DNA from: an uncultured Clostridia bacterium
GTDB taxonomy: Bacteria > Bacillota > Clostridia > Tissierellales > Sedimentibacteraceae
Reading direction: 5' to 3'
NCBI GenBank assembly: GCA_964501385.1
Contig: CAZCTI010000001.1
Span: 9,159-73,158, forward strand
Length of the DNA stretch: 64,000 nt
Of the stretch, positions 22,224 through 32,716 are shown piece by piece. The notes under the pieces are model-generated. The model was not told where the DNA came from, did no database searches, and was given only the letters and a program-made list of their open reading frames with translations. A program made the position numbers and the translations under genes. Numbering within the stretch: position 1 is the stretch's first letter; every line of letters starts with the position of its first letter.

Positions 22224-22586
22224 TATTACACCTCTTTTATATTCTAGTAAAAACTCAATGTCTTTTGATATTTATTTTTGTTCATACATTAAGTATGACA
22301 AAAAAAATCATTTATGTCAATGGCAGATTGTTCAACTGCAAATAAAGTAAAATCTTATAGTTATTGTTCACTCCATCATATCGAGGGCTAAGCCCTCGAC
22401 ATTGACCTTTGCTGTTGGTCCCCAGTTGGGTTTGAACATAAATACTTAATAGTCATAGCAATGATAATAAAAAAGTGTCTTCATTTATTGAAAACACCTT
22501 TTATTAATCTGATAATATGTGATTCTTCAGGCTGTGCGTTAAGTACGACTCGCATCGCAGTCTCATTCACCAATTTATATACTTGT

Positions 22587-22780
22587 GGACATTCCTCTTA
22601 CTCCATAGACTATCCCTAAAGTAGAGGTGTCCCCATTCCTTTAATATATGGGGTTAGCAAGAAAATTCATTAATTTATTTGCTCATTATGTCGCATAAAT
22701 TAATAATTTTATGCGTTTGACCAACCATCAATTTATTTCTTTCTGCTGTCGAAGAAATTGGGTTAGGTCATAAAGGGCAT
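22587..22780. repeat. Family B repeat followed by family C structured repeat
   Basis: ggacattcctcttac..gactatccct..agaggtgtcccc then atggggtt.gca...gcgtttgacc...aagaaattgggttaggtcataaagggcat (second copy at 30383-30518). Confidence 0.88.
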
Positions 22781-22782
22781 CA

Positions 22783-23334
22783 TTAACTTTCCATTTGTCT
22801 TGATAAAAATATACTTGCTGTCTTTATTAATTTTTCTTCTATTTCTGTCATTTTAGAATTTTTTTCCTTTGACAATAGCATAACTGCACCAATAGGGTCA
22901 CCATGCACCATAATAGGTGATATAACTTGGCTGGTATAATTATCAGGATTAAACTCATTAGCAGTAACTCTGATTGGTTTTGAATTTTGGTTTGTTATAT
23001 ATATTTCTCTGCTTTCAATTATTTTTTCTAATTCAGGACTAAGTCTTTTTTCTGAATAATCCTTCTTAGAGCTGCCTGAAACAGCAATTACGCCGTCTCT
23101 ATCTGTGATTATTGCAATATGTCTTGTTGTTTCAAATAATGATTCCACATATTCGCCTGCAAATTCAGTCAATTCTCCAATTGGTGAATATTTCTTTAAA
23201 ATTATTTCACCTTCTCTATCAGTAAATATTTCTAAAGGATCCCCTTCTCTTATTCTTAATGTTCTTCTTATCTCTTTAGGAATAACTACTCTGCCTAAAT
23301 CATCAATTCTTCTGACAATTCCTGTTGCTTTCAT
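22783..23334 (-). CDS. spoVT: Stage V sporulation protein T
   Basis: MKATGIVRRIDDLGRVVIPKEIRR AbrB domain plus GAF domain. Confidence 0.97.
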   Translation of the reverse strand: MKATGIVRRIDDLGRVVIPKEIRRTLRIREGDPLEIFTDREGEIILKKYSPIGELTEFAGEYVESLFETTRHIAIITDRDGVIAVSGSSKKDYSEKRLSPELEKIIESREIYITNQNSKPIRVTANEFNPDNYTSQVISPIMVHGDPIGAVMLLSKEKNSKMTEIEEKLIKTASIFLSRQMES

Positions 23335-23394
23335 TACTTATGTTCCTCCAATTACATATTTTTATATTTTAATGACATTTCTTTTAATATTTTC

Positions 23395-23423
23395 TATTAT
23401 TTGCACTTTAATAGATTTTATCC
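23395..23423 (-). promoter_or_regulatory. Sigma-G/F-type forespore promoter of spoVT
   Basis: GGATA-N15-CAAATAATA; same architecture at 58736-58764. Confidence 0.6.
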
Positions 23424-23563
23424 TCATATGTTTACATAATCATGTAAATTTTATAAGAAATTTTGAAATTTTGAAATTTTGAAATATCATTTTTATATTA
23501 TATAAGAAGGAATTATAATTATCAACAAATTTTTACTTAAATTAACATTTTTATCTAATTTTT

Positions 23564-24523
23564 TTATTTTTTTACTATTTTTGCTTCTTTTTTTAACATT
23601 TCCAAAAGGTCTTCATATTTAAATGTTTTATAATATTCTATCAACTGGCTTTTTTCAGTTTCCACATTTATATCTTCATCTACAACTCTATCTGTTAATT
23701 TGATGATATGATATCCAAAATCAGTTTGAACTGGAGCACTAACTTCTCCTACTTCAAGAGCAAATGCGGCTTCAGAGAAAGGCTGAACCATTTTTGCATA
23801 GTTGAAATAATCTAAATCTCCTCCATTTGCTCCACTTCCTAAATCAACTGACAATTCCTTTGCAAGAGCTGCAAAATCTTCACCCTTATTAATTCTTTCA
23901 ATAACATTTAATGCTTCTTCTTCAGTATCTACAAGAATATGACTTGCTTTTATCTGTTCATTCATTTTCAAATCATCAAAAATTGTTTGCAGCTCATCAT
24001 CTGTAGGCTCTAAGTTTTCTATTTTTCCTAATACATATTGATTAATCATTAAATCCTTTTCTAATTCTTGTAATAGATTTTCTTCTGACATGCCGCTTTG
24101 TTGTAAGTAGGCTTTGTAATCTTGGTCATTTTGAAAATATACTTTGAAATTTTCAAGTTCATGCTGTTTTTCTTCTTCAGTGGCTGTAAAACCTTCTTTT
24201 TCAGCAGCATCCAACAAAAGTAATCTGTAAGTCATGGTATCCATAACATAATCTTCATAATATTCTTTATATGTTAATCCCTTAGTTGCCTCTTTTTCCC
24301 AGGTACCTTCACCATATTGGTACTCAACATAATCTTTATAATATGCTAAAGATTTATCATATTCCTCCTGTAAAATTGCTTTACCGTTTACTATAGCCAT
24401 TACGCCCTTATCATCTATGCTTATATTTTCTTTATTTCCTTCATTGCCTTTGGAACATGCTGTAAATGCTAAAGCTATAATTAGTACAGTTATTAAAAAA
24501 AGTGATTTTTTAAATCTATTCAT
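23564..24523 (-). CDS. prsA: PrsA-like lipoprotein foldase (parvulin PPIase)
   Basis: Lipobox FTAC, ASHILV, GGDL, FGYHIIK. Confidence 0.9.
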   Translation of the reverse strand: MNRFKKSLFLITVLIIALAFTACSKGNEGNKENISIDDKGVMAIVNGKAILQEEYDKSLAYYKDYVEYQYGEGTWEKEATKGLTYKEYYEDYVMDTMTYRLLLLDAAEKEGFTATEEEKQHELENFKVYFQNDQDYKAYLQQSGMSEENLLQELEKDLMINQYVLGKIENLEPTDDELQTIFDDLKMNEQIKASHILVDTEEEALNVIERINKGEDFAALAKELSVDLGSGANGGDLDYFNYAKMVQPFSEAAFALEVGEVSAPVQTDFGYHIIKLTDRVVDEDINVETEKSQLIEYYKTFKYEDLLEMLKKEAKIVKK

Positions 24524-27500
24524 GTTTTTCCTCCATAGCAGTCGTACCTGCTTTAAAATTATTTAATATATCTAAGAATTCTTCTAATTCCTTAAGTATT
24601 TTCGTTTGCTCAAGAGAATCTAATTTATATCTTATAATAGGTTCATTCGTTCCAACGAAACTTATTTTAGTATAATAATTTTTCATTAAGAAACCTATAA
24701 TATCTTGACTCAAGTCACCACCTGAAACCATTTCAATATTTACTGTATTTCCTGTTTGAGTAATTGATTTTACATGTAATTTTTTGCTTAGTGATTTAAT
24801 GTATGATATTTTCAAAAGGTTTTGTACCTGTTTAGGAATATTACCGAACCTGTCAATAATTTCTTCCGTTATATCTAATACATCATTTTTGTTGTTAGTT
24901 GCAGCTATTTTCTTGTAAATTTCAATTTTTTGCTCTTCATTTTCAATAAATGTTGAAGGAATGTAACCATCAACATTTAAATCAACTGTTGTTTCAATAT
25001 CTTCTTCCGGCATTTTACCTTGCAGTTCTTTTACTGCTCTATCTAAGAATTTCACATATAAATCATAACCTATTGCTAACATATGACCATGCTGTTCTTG
25101 GCCTAATATATTGCCGGAGCCTCTTATTTCCAAATCACGCATGGCTATTTTAAAACCTGAGCCAAACTCGGTAAATTCTTTTATAGCTTTTAGCCTTTTA
25201 TCAGCTACCTCAGAAAGCATTTTATCTCTTTCATATGTTAGATATGCAAATGAAACTTTATTTGACCTGCCTATTCTTCCTCTAAGCTGATAAAGCTGAG
25301 AAAGCCCCAAATGATCAGCATTATCTATTATTAATGTATTTACGTTAGGTATGTCCATTCCCGTTTCTATTATAGTTGTACAAACCAAAATATCATATTC
25401 TTTATTTACAAATTCAAACATAATATTTTCAAGATGCCTTTCGCTCATTTGTCCGTGAGCTATTGCAATACGAGCATTTGGCAGCAATTTTCGGAGTTTC
25501 GATGCAGTATGGTCTATATCCATTACTCTGTTATGAACATAATAAACCTGACCACTCCTATTAATTTCTTTTTCTATGGCATCCTTTATCAATCCTTCAT
25601 TATACTCTATAACATAAGTTTGAATAGGAAGCCTGTCTCCCGGAGGCTCTGATATAATGCTCATATCCCTTACACCTATCATAGACATATGAAGGGTCCT
25701 TGGTATGGGTGTTGCTGACAGTGTAAGAACATCAATGCTTGACTTAAGCTGCTTTATCAATTCCTTATGTTTTACACCAAATCTTTGCTCCTCATCTATT
25801 ATCAAAAGACCCAAATCCTTAAATTTAAGTTCTTTGGAAAGAAGTTTATGGGTACCTATTACAATATCAACTAAACCCTTATTTAAATCATTAATAATTT
25901 TGTTTTGCTGATAATGTGTTTTAAAACGGCTCAGCATTTCAATTTTAATGGGGTATCCTCTGAATCTGTCAACTATATTTGTGTAATGCTGCTGAGCCAA
26001 TATAGTTGTTGGAACTAAAATTGCCACTTGTTTTGAATCCATAACTGCTTTAAATGCAGCTCTCATTGCTACTTCAGTCTTACCAAATCCCACATCGCCG
26101 CAAAGTAGTCTGTCCATTGTGACAGGCTTTTCCATATCCTTTTTAATCTCTTTTATACAGCGAAGTTGGTCATCTGTTTCCTCAAAAGGAAATTTGTATT
26201 CAAATTCTTTTTGCCACTCTGAATCTCTTGAAAACGCATAACCCTTTACTACTTTTCTCTTAGCATACAGCTTTATTAACTCACCTGCCATATTTTCTAT
26301 GGCTGCCTTAGAGCGCTCCTTGGTTTTTATCCAATCAGAGCTGCCCATTTTGTTAAGCTTTGGTTTTTCTGAATCTGATCCTATATATTTTTGGATGAGA
26401 GACATTTGGTCAACAGGCACATACAATTTATCTTCAGCTTTATACTTTATGCACAAATAATCCTTTTGGATATTTTGCACTTCAATTTTTTCAATTCCAA
26501 CATACTGGCCTATACCGTGATGTTCATGAACTACGTAATCTCCAACTTTTAAATCGGTAAATACATTTATTACAGAGCCCTTATGTTTTTTTGACTTATG
26601 AGATTTATGCTTGCTTGAACCAAGCACTTCATTTTCTGTAAGGACAAGGAGCTTATTGTCATAATATTCAAAGCCCTTTTTTAATTCTCCAGGTGCAATT
26701 ACCACTTGTCCGCTTTCTGCTGTATTTGCATCTTTTGACAATGTGGTGGTACACTCATAATCATTTAACAAATTATAAAGCTTTTGACAGTTTTCATAGC
26801 TGCTAAGTATTATATCTACCTTGTAGCCCTTGTATTTCAGCCTGTTTAATTCCTTTGACAAATCCTCGATTTTACCGTAGTAAGAAGGAGCTTCCTTAAA
26901 AAGCATATGAACAGAATTCTCTGTTCTGATTATTTTTTCTTTTCCGTTTATAGAAATAAACGGTCTTTTTTGAATTTCTGACAGAAGTTCATCTTCTGTT
27001 AAATAAACGCTGCTTTGATTGGAAAATATTTCACCTTTTTCGAATAATTCGCTGAATTTAAGCTGAAAGCTTTCATTTAATATTTTAATTTCTTCAAAAA
27101 CTCTTTCAGGCTCATCAATAAGAAGAATAAAATCGTCTTCAAAATAATCTAAAATATTTACAAAGGAATATTTGATAAAAGGTACCATCAAATCTGCATT
27201 TTCAATACCTATACCGCCCATTAGCTTATCTTGGTAGCTGCTGTATAAATTTTTCAGATTTTTCAAAGATTCCTTGCTTAATTTAGTGTTATTTTTTCGC
27301 TCATTATAATCCTTTTCAACCTCGGATAAAATGTTTTTTATCTCATCCTTTGTAAACAATATATCACTGCATGGAATTATTCTTACGGTTTTTAAGTTTT
27401 TAACAGAGCGTTGTGTTTTTAAATCAATTAATCTTATTGAGTCTATTTCATCATCAAAAAATTCTACTCGGCATGGGTTTTCCTCAGAAGGAGAAAATAT

Positions 27501-28037
27501 ATCAATAATTCCACCCCTTACGGAAAATTGTCCAACTCCTTCAATTGCATCAACTCTTTCATATTTAAGCTTAATTAAATTGCTTCTTAATTCATTTAAA
27601 TCGTAATTTTTGCCATACTTTAATTCTATTATACTTTCCTTAAATCTATCTTTAGGCATTACCCTTGTAATTAATGAAGTAATTGAAGCTGTTACGATAT
27701 ATCTTTGTTTGTTGATAATATTGTCTAATAAATTTGCTCTTTTATAATCTGCATCCTTACTTAAAGCATCAACATTGTACAACATGAATTCTTTTGATTG
27801 AAGTCTTTGTGAATTATCAGTATAAGCTCTTATACTTTCTTCATATTTTTTTGATTTTCCATCGCTGCTTGTTAAAATCAATATTTTACTTGATGCATCT
27901 AATAGATTGCACGCCAAATAAGCCAATCCTTCCTCATTGATACCCGAGATTAGCTGGCTTTTTCTTTTATTGTAATTTTGTAATATTTTATTGTATTTTT
28001 CTGTTCTTTGAAACTGGTCAAATAAAACCTTGTTCAT
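24516..28037 (-). CDS. mfd: Transcription-repair coupling factor
   Basis: CGDVGFGKTEVA, DEEQRFGV, SATPIPRT, QLRGRIGRS. Confidence 0.98.
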   Translation of the reverse strand: MNKVLFDQFQRTEKYNKILQNYNKRKSQLISGINEEGLAYLACNLLDASSKILILTSSDGKSKKYEESIRAYTDNSQRLQSKEFMLYNVDALSKDADYKRANLLDNIINKQRYIVTASITSLITRVMPKDRFKESIIELKYGKNYDLNELRSNLIKLKYERVDAIEGVGQFSVRGGIIDIFSPSEENPCRVEFFDDEIDSIRLIDLKTQRSVKNLKTVRIIPCSDILFTKDEIKNILSEVEKDYNERKNNTKLSKESLKNLKNLYSSYQDKLMGGIGIENADLMVPFIKYSFVNILDYFEDDFILLIDEPERVFEEIKILNESFQLKFSELFEKGEIFSNQSSVYLTEDELLSEIQKRPFISINGKEKIIRTENSVHMLFKEAPSYYGKIEDLSKELNRLKYKGYKVDIILSSYENCQKLYNLLNDYECTTTLSKDANTAESGQVVIAPGELKKGFEYYDNKLLVLTENEVLGSSKHKSHKSKKHKGSVINVFTDLKVGDYVVHEHHGIGQYVGIEKIEVQNIQKDYLCIKYKAEDKLYVPVDQMSLIQKYIGSDSEKPKLNKMGSSDWIKTKERSKAAIENMAGELIKLYAKRKVVKGYAFSRDSEWQKEFEYKFPFEETDDQLRCIKEIKKDMEKPVTMDRLLCGDVGFGKTEVAMRAAFKAVMDSKQVAILVPTTILAQQHYTNIVDRFRGYPIKIEMLSRFKTHYQQNKIINDLNKGLVDIVIGTHKLLSKELKFKDLGLLIIDEEQRFGVKHKELIKQLKSSIDVLTLSATPIPRTLHMSMIGVRDMSIISEPPGDRLPIQTYVIEYNEGLIKDAIEKEINRSGQVYYVHNRVMDIDHTASKLRKLLPNARIAIAHGQMSERHLENIMFEFVNKEYDILVCTTIIETGMDIPNVNTLIIDNADHLGLSQLYQLRGRIGRSNKVSFAYLTYERDKMLSEVADKRLKAIKEFTEFGSGFKIAMRDLEIRGSGNILGQEQHGHMLAIGYDLYVKFLDRAVKELQGKMPEEDIETTVDLNVDGYIPSTFIENEEQKIEIYKKIAATNNKNDVLDITEEIIDRFGNIPKQVQNLLKISYIKSLSKKLHVKSITQTGNTVNIEMVSGGDLSQDIIGFLMKNYYTKISFVGTNEPIIRYKLDSLEQTKILKELEEFLDILNNFKAGTTAMEEKHE

Positions 28038-28145
28038 ATATAATCCTTTATTTCGGTGTTGTCAGTTCTCAATAAATATAGTGTCTGTGCCTTTGTTATG
28101 ATTACACGTATGTTAGTCATTGTTATGAATAACCATCACGTAAGT

Positions 28146-28275
28146 GTCATTCTGAACCGCAGGTGAAGAATCTCAAGTACGGGGACATTCCTCTTACCTC
28201 AAAGACTATCCCTATAGTAGAGGTGTGTCCCCCTTCCCTGAAAACCTGAGATCCTTCGCTATCTCTCAGGATGAC
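28146..28275. repeat. Family A palindrome with family B (28181-28232) nested in its loop
   Basis: gtcattctgaac..gaagaatctc [ggggacattcctc...gaggtgtgtcccc] gagatccttcgc..tcaggatgac. Confidence 0.92.
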
Positions 28276-28327
28276 AGCCCTTACGTATTCGTTTACCGTG
28301 GTGTGATATAACAAACAATTGAGTTTT

Positions 28328-28900
28328 TTATTCACCCAAATTCCTAATATTATATTTTTGCATAGCACTGTCAATACTCTTATTAATAATTTCAATGGAA
28401 GCTTCTGCTGCTTTTTCTATAATGGGATTAATCAAATCTATTTCTGTCTGTGTAAATCTCTGCAGCACATAATCAGCTAAGTCCATATTCTCATTTCTTC
28501 CTATACCTATTCTTATACGCGGGAAATTACCGCTATTTATGCTGCTGATAATAGATTTCATTCCATTATGAGTGCCGGGACTACCATTTGGTCTGATTCT
28601 TAATGTACCTAAGGGTAAATCAATATCATCATAAATTACAATTAATTTTCCTGCTTCAATTTTATAAGATTTCATTATTTCCGCTATGGCAATACCACTT
28701 TTGTTCATATAGGTTACTGGCTTAACAAGCATAACTTTTTCTCCGTTTATGGATGTATCCCCATATACGGAGTTAAATTTAAGCTTATTTAGTTTCACAT
28801 TAAGTTTTTCAGATAAATATTCTATTGCCATGTAACCTGCATTATGTCTGGTGCTTGAATATTCCTTACCCGGATTGCCAAGTCCTGCAATTATAAACAT
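28328..28900 (-). CDS. pth: Peptidyl-tRNA hydrolase
   Basis: AGLGNPG, TRHNAG, YMNKSG, HNGMKS, RIRIGIG. Confidence 0.97.
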   Translation of the reverse strand: MFIIAGLGNPGKEYSSTRHNAGYMAIEYLSEKLNVKLNKLKFNSVYGDTSINGEKVMLVKPVTYMNKSGIAIAEIMKSYKIEAGKLIVIYDDIDLPLGTLRIRPNGSPGTHNGMKSIISSINSGNFPRIRIGIGRNENMDLADYVLQRFTQTEIDLINPIIEKAAEASIEIINKSIDSAMQKYNIRNLGE

Positions 28901-28910
28901 AATAACCTCA

Positions 28911-30281
28911 TTAAAATCTATTTTTGCCTTTTCCTTCTTTGTTAACTTGTCTTGCCCTTGCTATAGCCAAGTCTCCTTTTTTTACATCATCAGTTATTGT
29001 GGAACCGGCAGCAACATATCCGTCTTCCTCCACAGTAACAGGAGCAATTAAATTGGAATTACTACCTACAAAAGCTCCGTCCCCTACAATTGTTTTATGC
29101 TTATTTTTTCCGTCATAATTAACAAACACAACTCCGCAGCCAATATTTACATTCTTGCCCACTTCCGCATCACCTATGTATGCTAAATGTGATGATTTTG
29201 AATTGTCACCTATTGTTGATTTCTTAACTTCAACAAAATCTCCTATTTTTACATTTTTGCCTAAATTGCTGCCTGGTCTTAAATATGCAAATGGACCCAC
29301 ATTTGTTCCGTCGTCTATTAGTGATTCGACAACTTTTGAACTTTCAATAGTAACATTGTTATTAACAACTGAATTTATAATTCTTGTATTAGGTCCGATT
29401 GTACAATGACTGCCTATAATTGTTCCATTTTCTAAATAAGTATTGGGATAAATGATTGTATCCCTTCCTATTGCAACAGAATCTTCTATATAAGTATTGT
29501 CCGGGTCAATTATTGTAACCCCTGCATACATATGTTTTTGATTTATTCTTTTCTGCATTAATTTTGATACTTCTGAAAGCTGAACTCTGTCATTTACAGC
29601 CTTAATATCATCTGCATCATTTAACAGCCACCCGCCTATTTTAAATCCTTCATTGTTTAAAACTTTAATAGTATCAGTTAAATAATATTCATTTTGAGAG
29701 TTGTCTGTTGTGATTTTTTTAAGCGAATTTTTAAGAAATTCTCCCTTAAAACAAAATATACCTGTATTTATTTCTTGTATATTTTTAATTTCTTCTGAAG
29801 CGTCCTTTTCTTCTACAATTTTATCAATTGAAGAATCTTCATTTCTTACAATTCTACCGTAACCTTTAGGATTAGATATATTTGCAGTCATAATTGATGC
29901 AGCATAATTATTTTCCAGATGGTAGTTCATAAACTCATGCAATGTTTCTTTTCTGATTAAAGGTCCATCTGCACATAGTATTAAAACCATATCTTCATCT
30001 CCAATATAGTTTTCTGCTGACATTACCGCATAACCCGTACCGTATGGAACACCTTCACCTAAAGGCTGTTCAACTGTTATGACATTCATATCCTTTATAT
30101 TATGTCCAACTTTTTCTTTTCCATGTCCAAGAACTACAATGTTTTTTTGAAGGCCTGAATTTATGGATGTTTCTATTATATATTTTATCATTTCTTTCCC
30201 GCAAACCTTGTGCAGTGTTTTAGGAATATCAGATTTCATTCTGGTCCCTTCACCCGCTGCCAAAATAATTGACATATTCAT
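28911..30281 (-). CDS. glmU: Bifunctional GlmU
   Basis: ILAAGEGTRMKS, GYGRIVR, EYYLTD, hexapeptide repeats, NYDG. Confidence 0.97.
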   Translation of the reverse strand: MNMSIILAAGEGTRMKSDIPKTLHKVCGKEMIKYIIETSINSGLQKNIVVLGHGKEKVGHNIKDMNVITVEQPLGEGVPYGTGYAVMSAENYIGDEDMVLILCADGPLIRKETLHEFMNYHLENNYAASIMTANISNPKGYGRIVRNEDSSIDKIVEEKDASEEIKNIQEINTGIFCFKGEFLKNSLKKITTDNSQNEYYLTDTIKVLNNEGFKIGGWLLNDADDIKAVNDRVQLSEVSKLMQKRINQKHMYAGVTIIDPDNTYIEDSVAIGRDTIIYPNTYLENGTIIGSHCTIGPNTRIINSVVNNNVTIESSKVVESLIDDGTNVGPFAYLRPGSNLGKNVKIGDFVEVKKSTIGDNSKSSHLAYIGDAEVGKNVNIGCGVVFVNYDGKNKHKTIVGDGAFVGSNSNLIAPVTVEEDGYVAAGSTITDDVKKGDLAIARARQVNKEGKGKNRF

Positions 30282-30354
30282 AATAATTCTCCTCGTAAAA
30301 TTGTAATACTGAATAATTATATATCATATTATTTAGTAAGTCAAAAAAATATTC

Positions 30355-30518
30355 GGGGAAATTGTCCCCATACCTTCGACAAATGGGGTTCGCAGGAGAA
30401 TTCAACAATTTATCAGTTCGCTTTCGCTCACATAAATTGAGAATTCTGTGCGTTTGACCTACCGTCAATTTCTTTCTCCCTATCGGTCAAAGAAATTGGG
30501 TTAGGTCATAAAGGGCAT
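30355..30518. repeat. Family B end plus family C structured repeat (copy 2)
   Basis: tgtccccatacctt then atggggttcgca...gcgtttgacctacc...aagaaattgggttaggtcataaagggcat. Confidence 0.88.
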
Positions 30519-30574
30519 AATAAAAGGGTCTTAATAAGACCCAAATACTGTTGATTGATAATCATCAGCAAGCG

Positions 30575-30868
30575 TTACAGAAGGGCGGCTTCTTCCACGT
30601 TTTCGCTTTCTTCTGTGCGCTTTTCTTCATATGCTCTAAAAACAGCCTCTGCAACAAGATTTCTTGTTTCAGAATTGATTGGATGAGCAATATCCTTAAA
30701 CTCTCCATCCGGCATTTTTCTGCTGGGCATTGCAATAAACAAACCTTCCTGACCTTCAATTATTTTAATATCATGTACTACAAAACAATCATCAAAGGTT
30801 ACGGAAACGATTGCCTTCATCTTGCCCTCTGAATTAATTTTTCTTACTCTTACATCTGATATTTTCAT
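30575..30868 (-). CDS. spoVG: Septation regulator SpoVG
   Basis: [10 protein letters not shown]...FVVHDIKII...FIAMPSRK...DIAHPIN; ATG 30868. Confidence 0.97.
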   Translation of the reverse strand: MKISDVRVRKINSEGKMKAIVSVTFDDCFVVHDIKIIEGQEGLFIAMPSRKMPDGEFKDIAHPINSETRNLVAEAVFRAYEEKRTEESENVEEAALL

Positions 30869-30974
30869 GTTGTCACCACCTTCCCCCAAAATTATGTCCA
30901 TTTTAACCATTATACTACATAAACCCAAAAATTGCAAAAAAACATTTTCATATTTTAGTCTTAAATATATGAAA

Positions 30975-31796
30975 TTATTTTAACAATTTAGGATTAGGTA
31001 TAATTTCGATAATTCCTTCCTTTAAATTTATATTATTTAGCACCAATAACGAAGTGTAATTATCTACTAATTTTTTTTCCGGCTCCTTTGTTTCTATAAC
31101 AACAGCAGTTCCCACAACATTTGCATTAAACTCTCGCATCATATCTTCCATGCCCTTGCAGGTTCCTCCACCCTTCATAAAATCATCAACTAATAAAACC
31201 TTAGCATTTTCTTTTAATGATCTTTTTGATAAGGACATAGTTTGAATATTATTAGATGAGCCTGACACATAATTAATACTTACAGTTGCTCCTTCTGTAA
31301 TTTTGTTGTTTCTCCTGATTACAGCTACAGGAACATTTAATTTTTGAGCAGTTATTACAGCAACCGGAATACCCTTTGTTTCAACTGTAACAATATAGTC
31401 AATTTCAATATTGTTGAATTCTGAAGAAATTATTTTAGCAATATTGTTAACAATATTCGGATTATTGAAAATATCTGTGGCATATATGAATCCACCAGGT
31501 AATATTCTGTTTTTTTGTGAAAATAATACGCATAATTGGTCAAGTATATCACTTTTTTCTTTATTGCCCAATGTCGGTATAAATACAGCACCTCCTGCAG
31601 CTCCGGAAATAGTTTCAATTCTGCCAAAATCCAACTCTGCCACCAATTCCTTTACTATTGCCACATCTTCGCTCATGGTTGATTTTGCCGCATTGAAAAG
31701 TTCACAAAAATAATTGTATGAAAAGACGTAATTTGGCTTTTCAGCGAAAATTTTCATCAGTGCTCCGATTCTTTGATTTCTTTTATATTTTTTCAT
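30975..31796 (-). CDS. purR: Pur operon repressor (Bacillus type)
   Basis: [26 protein letters not shown]-binding motif; purR-spoVG-glmU synteny. Confidence 0.95.
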   Translation of the reverse strand: MKKYKRNQRIGALMKIFAEKPNYVFSYNYFCELFNAAKSTMSEDVAIVKELVAELDFGRIETISGAAGGAVFIPTLGNKEKSDILDQLCVLFSQKNRILPGGFIYATDIFNNPNIVNNIAKIISSEFNNIEIDYIVTVETKGIPVAVITAQKLNVPVAVIRRNNKITEGATVSINYVSGSSNNIQTMSLSKRSLKENAKVLLVDDFMKGGGTCKGMEDMMREFNANVVGTAVVIETKEPEKKLVDNYTSLLVLNNINLKEGIIEIIPNPKLLK

Positions 31797-31806
31797 ATTA
31801 TCTCCG

Positions 31807-31843
31807 ACGAATGTTTTTCTATGATTATATTACAAACGTTCGT
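31807..31843. promoter_or_regulatory. PurBox pair upstream of purR (autoregulation)
   Basis: acGAAT...GTTCgt inverted pair with N25 spacing. Confidence 0.65.
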
Positions 31844-31880
31844 ATAATTCAAGTATTTTATTTAAGGAAGGGGACGGCTA

Positions 31881-32576
31881 TTAATTAACTTGTCCACCCG
31901 CGAAAATTATGGTACTTTCTGTCAAAATCTCCAAAGGATTGATGAAATTTCCCTCAAATTTATATAAATATTGTGCCGATGAAAGTTCCGTACATCCTAA
32001 CAAAAATGAAGCAGCTCCCAAATCCTTCAACTCATTTACACATTCAAAAAAGAGCTCTGTGCCTGCATTATAATTACCCTTTTTTATTACATCATATATA
32101 AATTCCATAATTTTTTCCTGAGTTTTTATAGGTACAACAGTTTTTATTCCTAATTTGGAATAATAATCTTCATATATTTTTGATTTAATTGTTCCATCTG
32201 TTGCCATAATCCCTACAACAGCATTCTTACCATATTTGTCATATGTATATTTGACTGTTTCTTCAGGCATATTTATAAAGGGAATATTAACACACTTTTT
32301 TATATCATCTATAAAATAATGGGCTGTATTGCATGGCATTATTAAAAAATCAGCACCGCTATTTTCAAGAATCTTTGCAGAATTAACCAATTCTTTAACA
32401 GGATTTTCCCCATCACCAAGTATTGCCTTTGTCCTGTCAGGAATATTTGTATTGTTGTCTATTAAAACACGTATATGCTCCTGGTCCTTTTGAGCCTTAC
32501 TTCTTAAAACAATTCTTTCAAATAAATGCACGGTGGCAAGAGGTCCCATGCCACCTATAATTCCTACAGTTTTCAT
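31881..32576 (-). CDS. Aspartate/glutamate racemase family protein
   Basis: GIIGGMGPLAT, PCNTAH, GCTEL. Confidence 0.93.
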   Translation of the reverse strand: MKTVGIIGGMGPLATVHLFERIVLRSKAQKDQEHIRVLIDNNTNIPDRTKAILGDGENPVKELVNSAKILENSGADFLIMPCNTAHYFIDDIKKCVNIPFINMPEETVKYTYDKYGKNAVVGIMATDGTIKSKIYEDYYSKLGIKTVVPIKTQEKIMEFIYDVIKKGNYNAGTELFFECVNELKDLGAASFLLGCTELSSAQYLYKFEGNFINPLEILTESTIIFAGGQVN

Positions 32577-32716
32577 ATTTCACCTCATTAATCATTTGTT
32601 ATTGATTTTAGCATAAGTGCAAGTCGTTAACGCGACTTGCTTCACACAAATACAATAATTTCATATCATATAAAACCGTTAGGTTTTATCAACTTTTGAA
32701 TTTATTATATCATTTT

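Noticed and set aside
23457-23485. (aattttga)3 tandem repeat
   Set aside because: Low-complexity AT-rich slippage with no evidence of function
28147-28395. 82-aa ORF
   Set aside because: Overlaps the pth 3' end and is mostly a translation of the A+B repeat; no RBS
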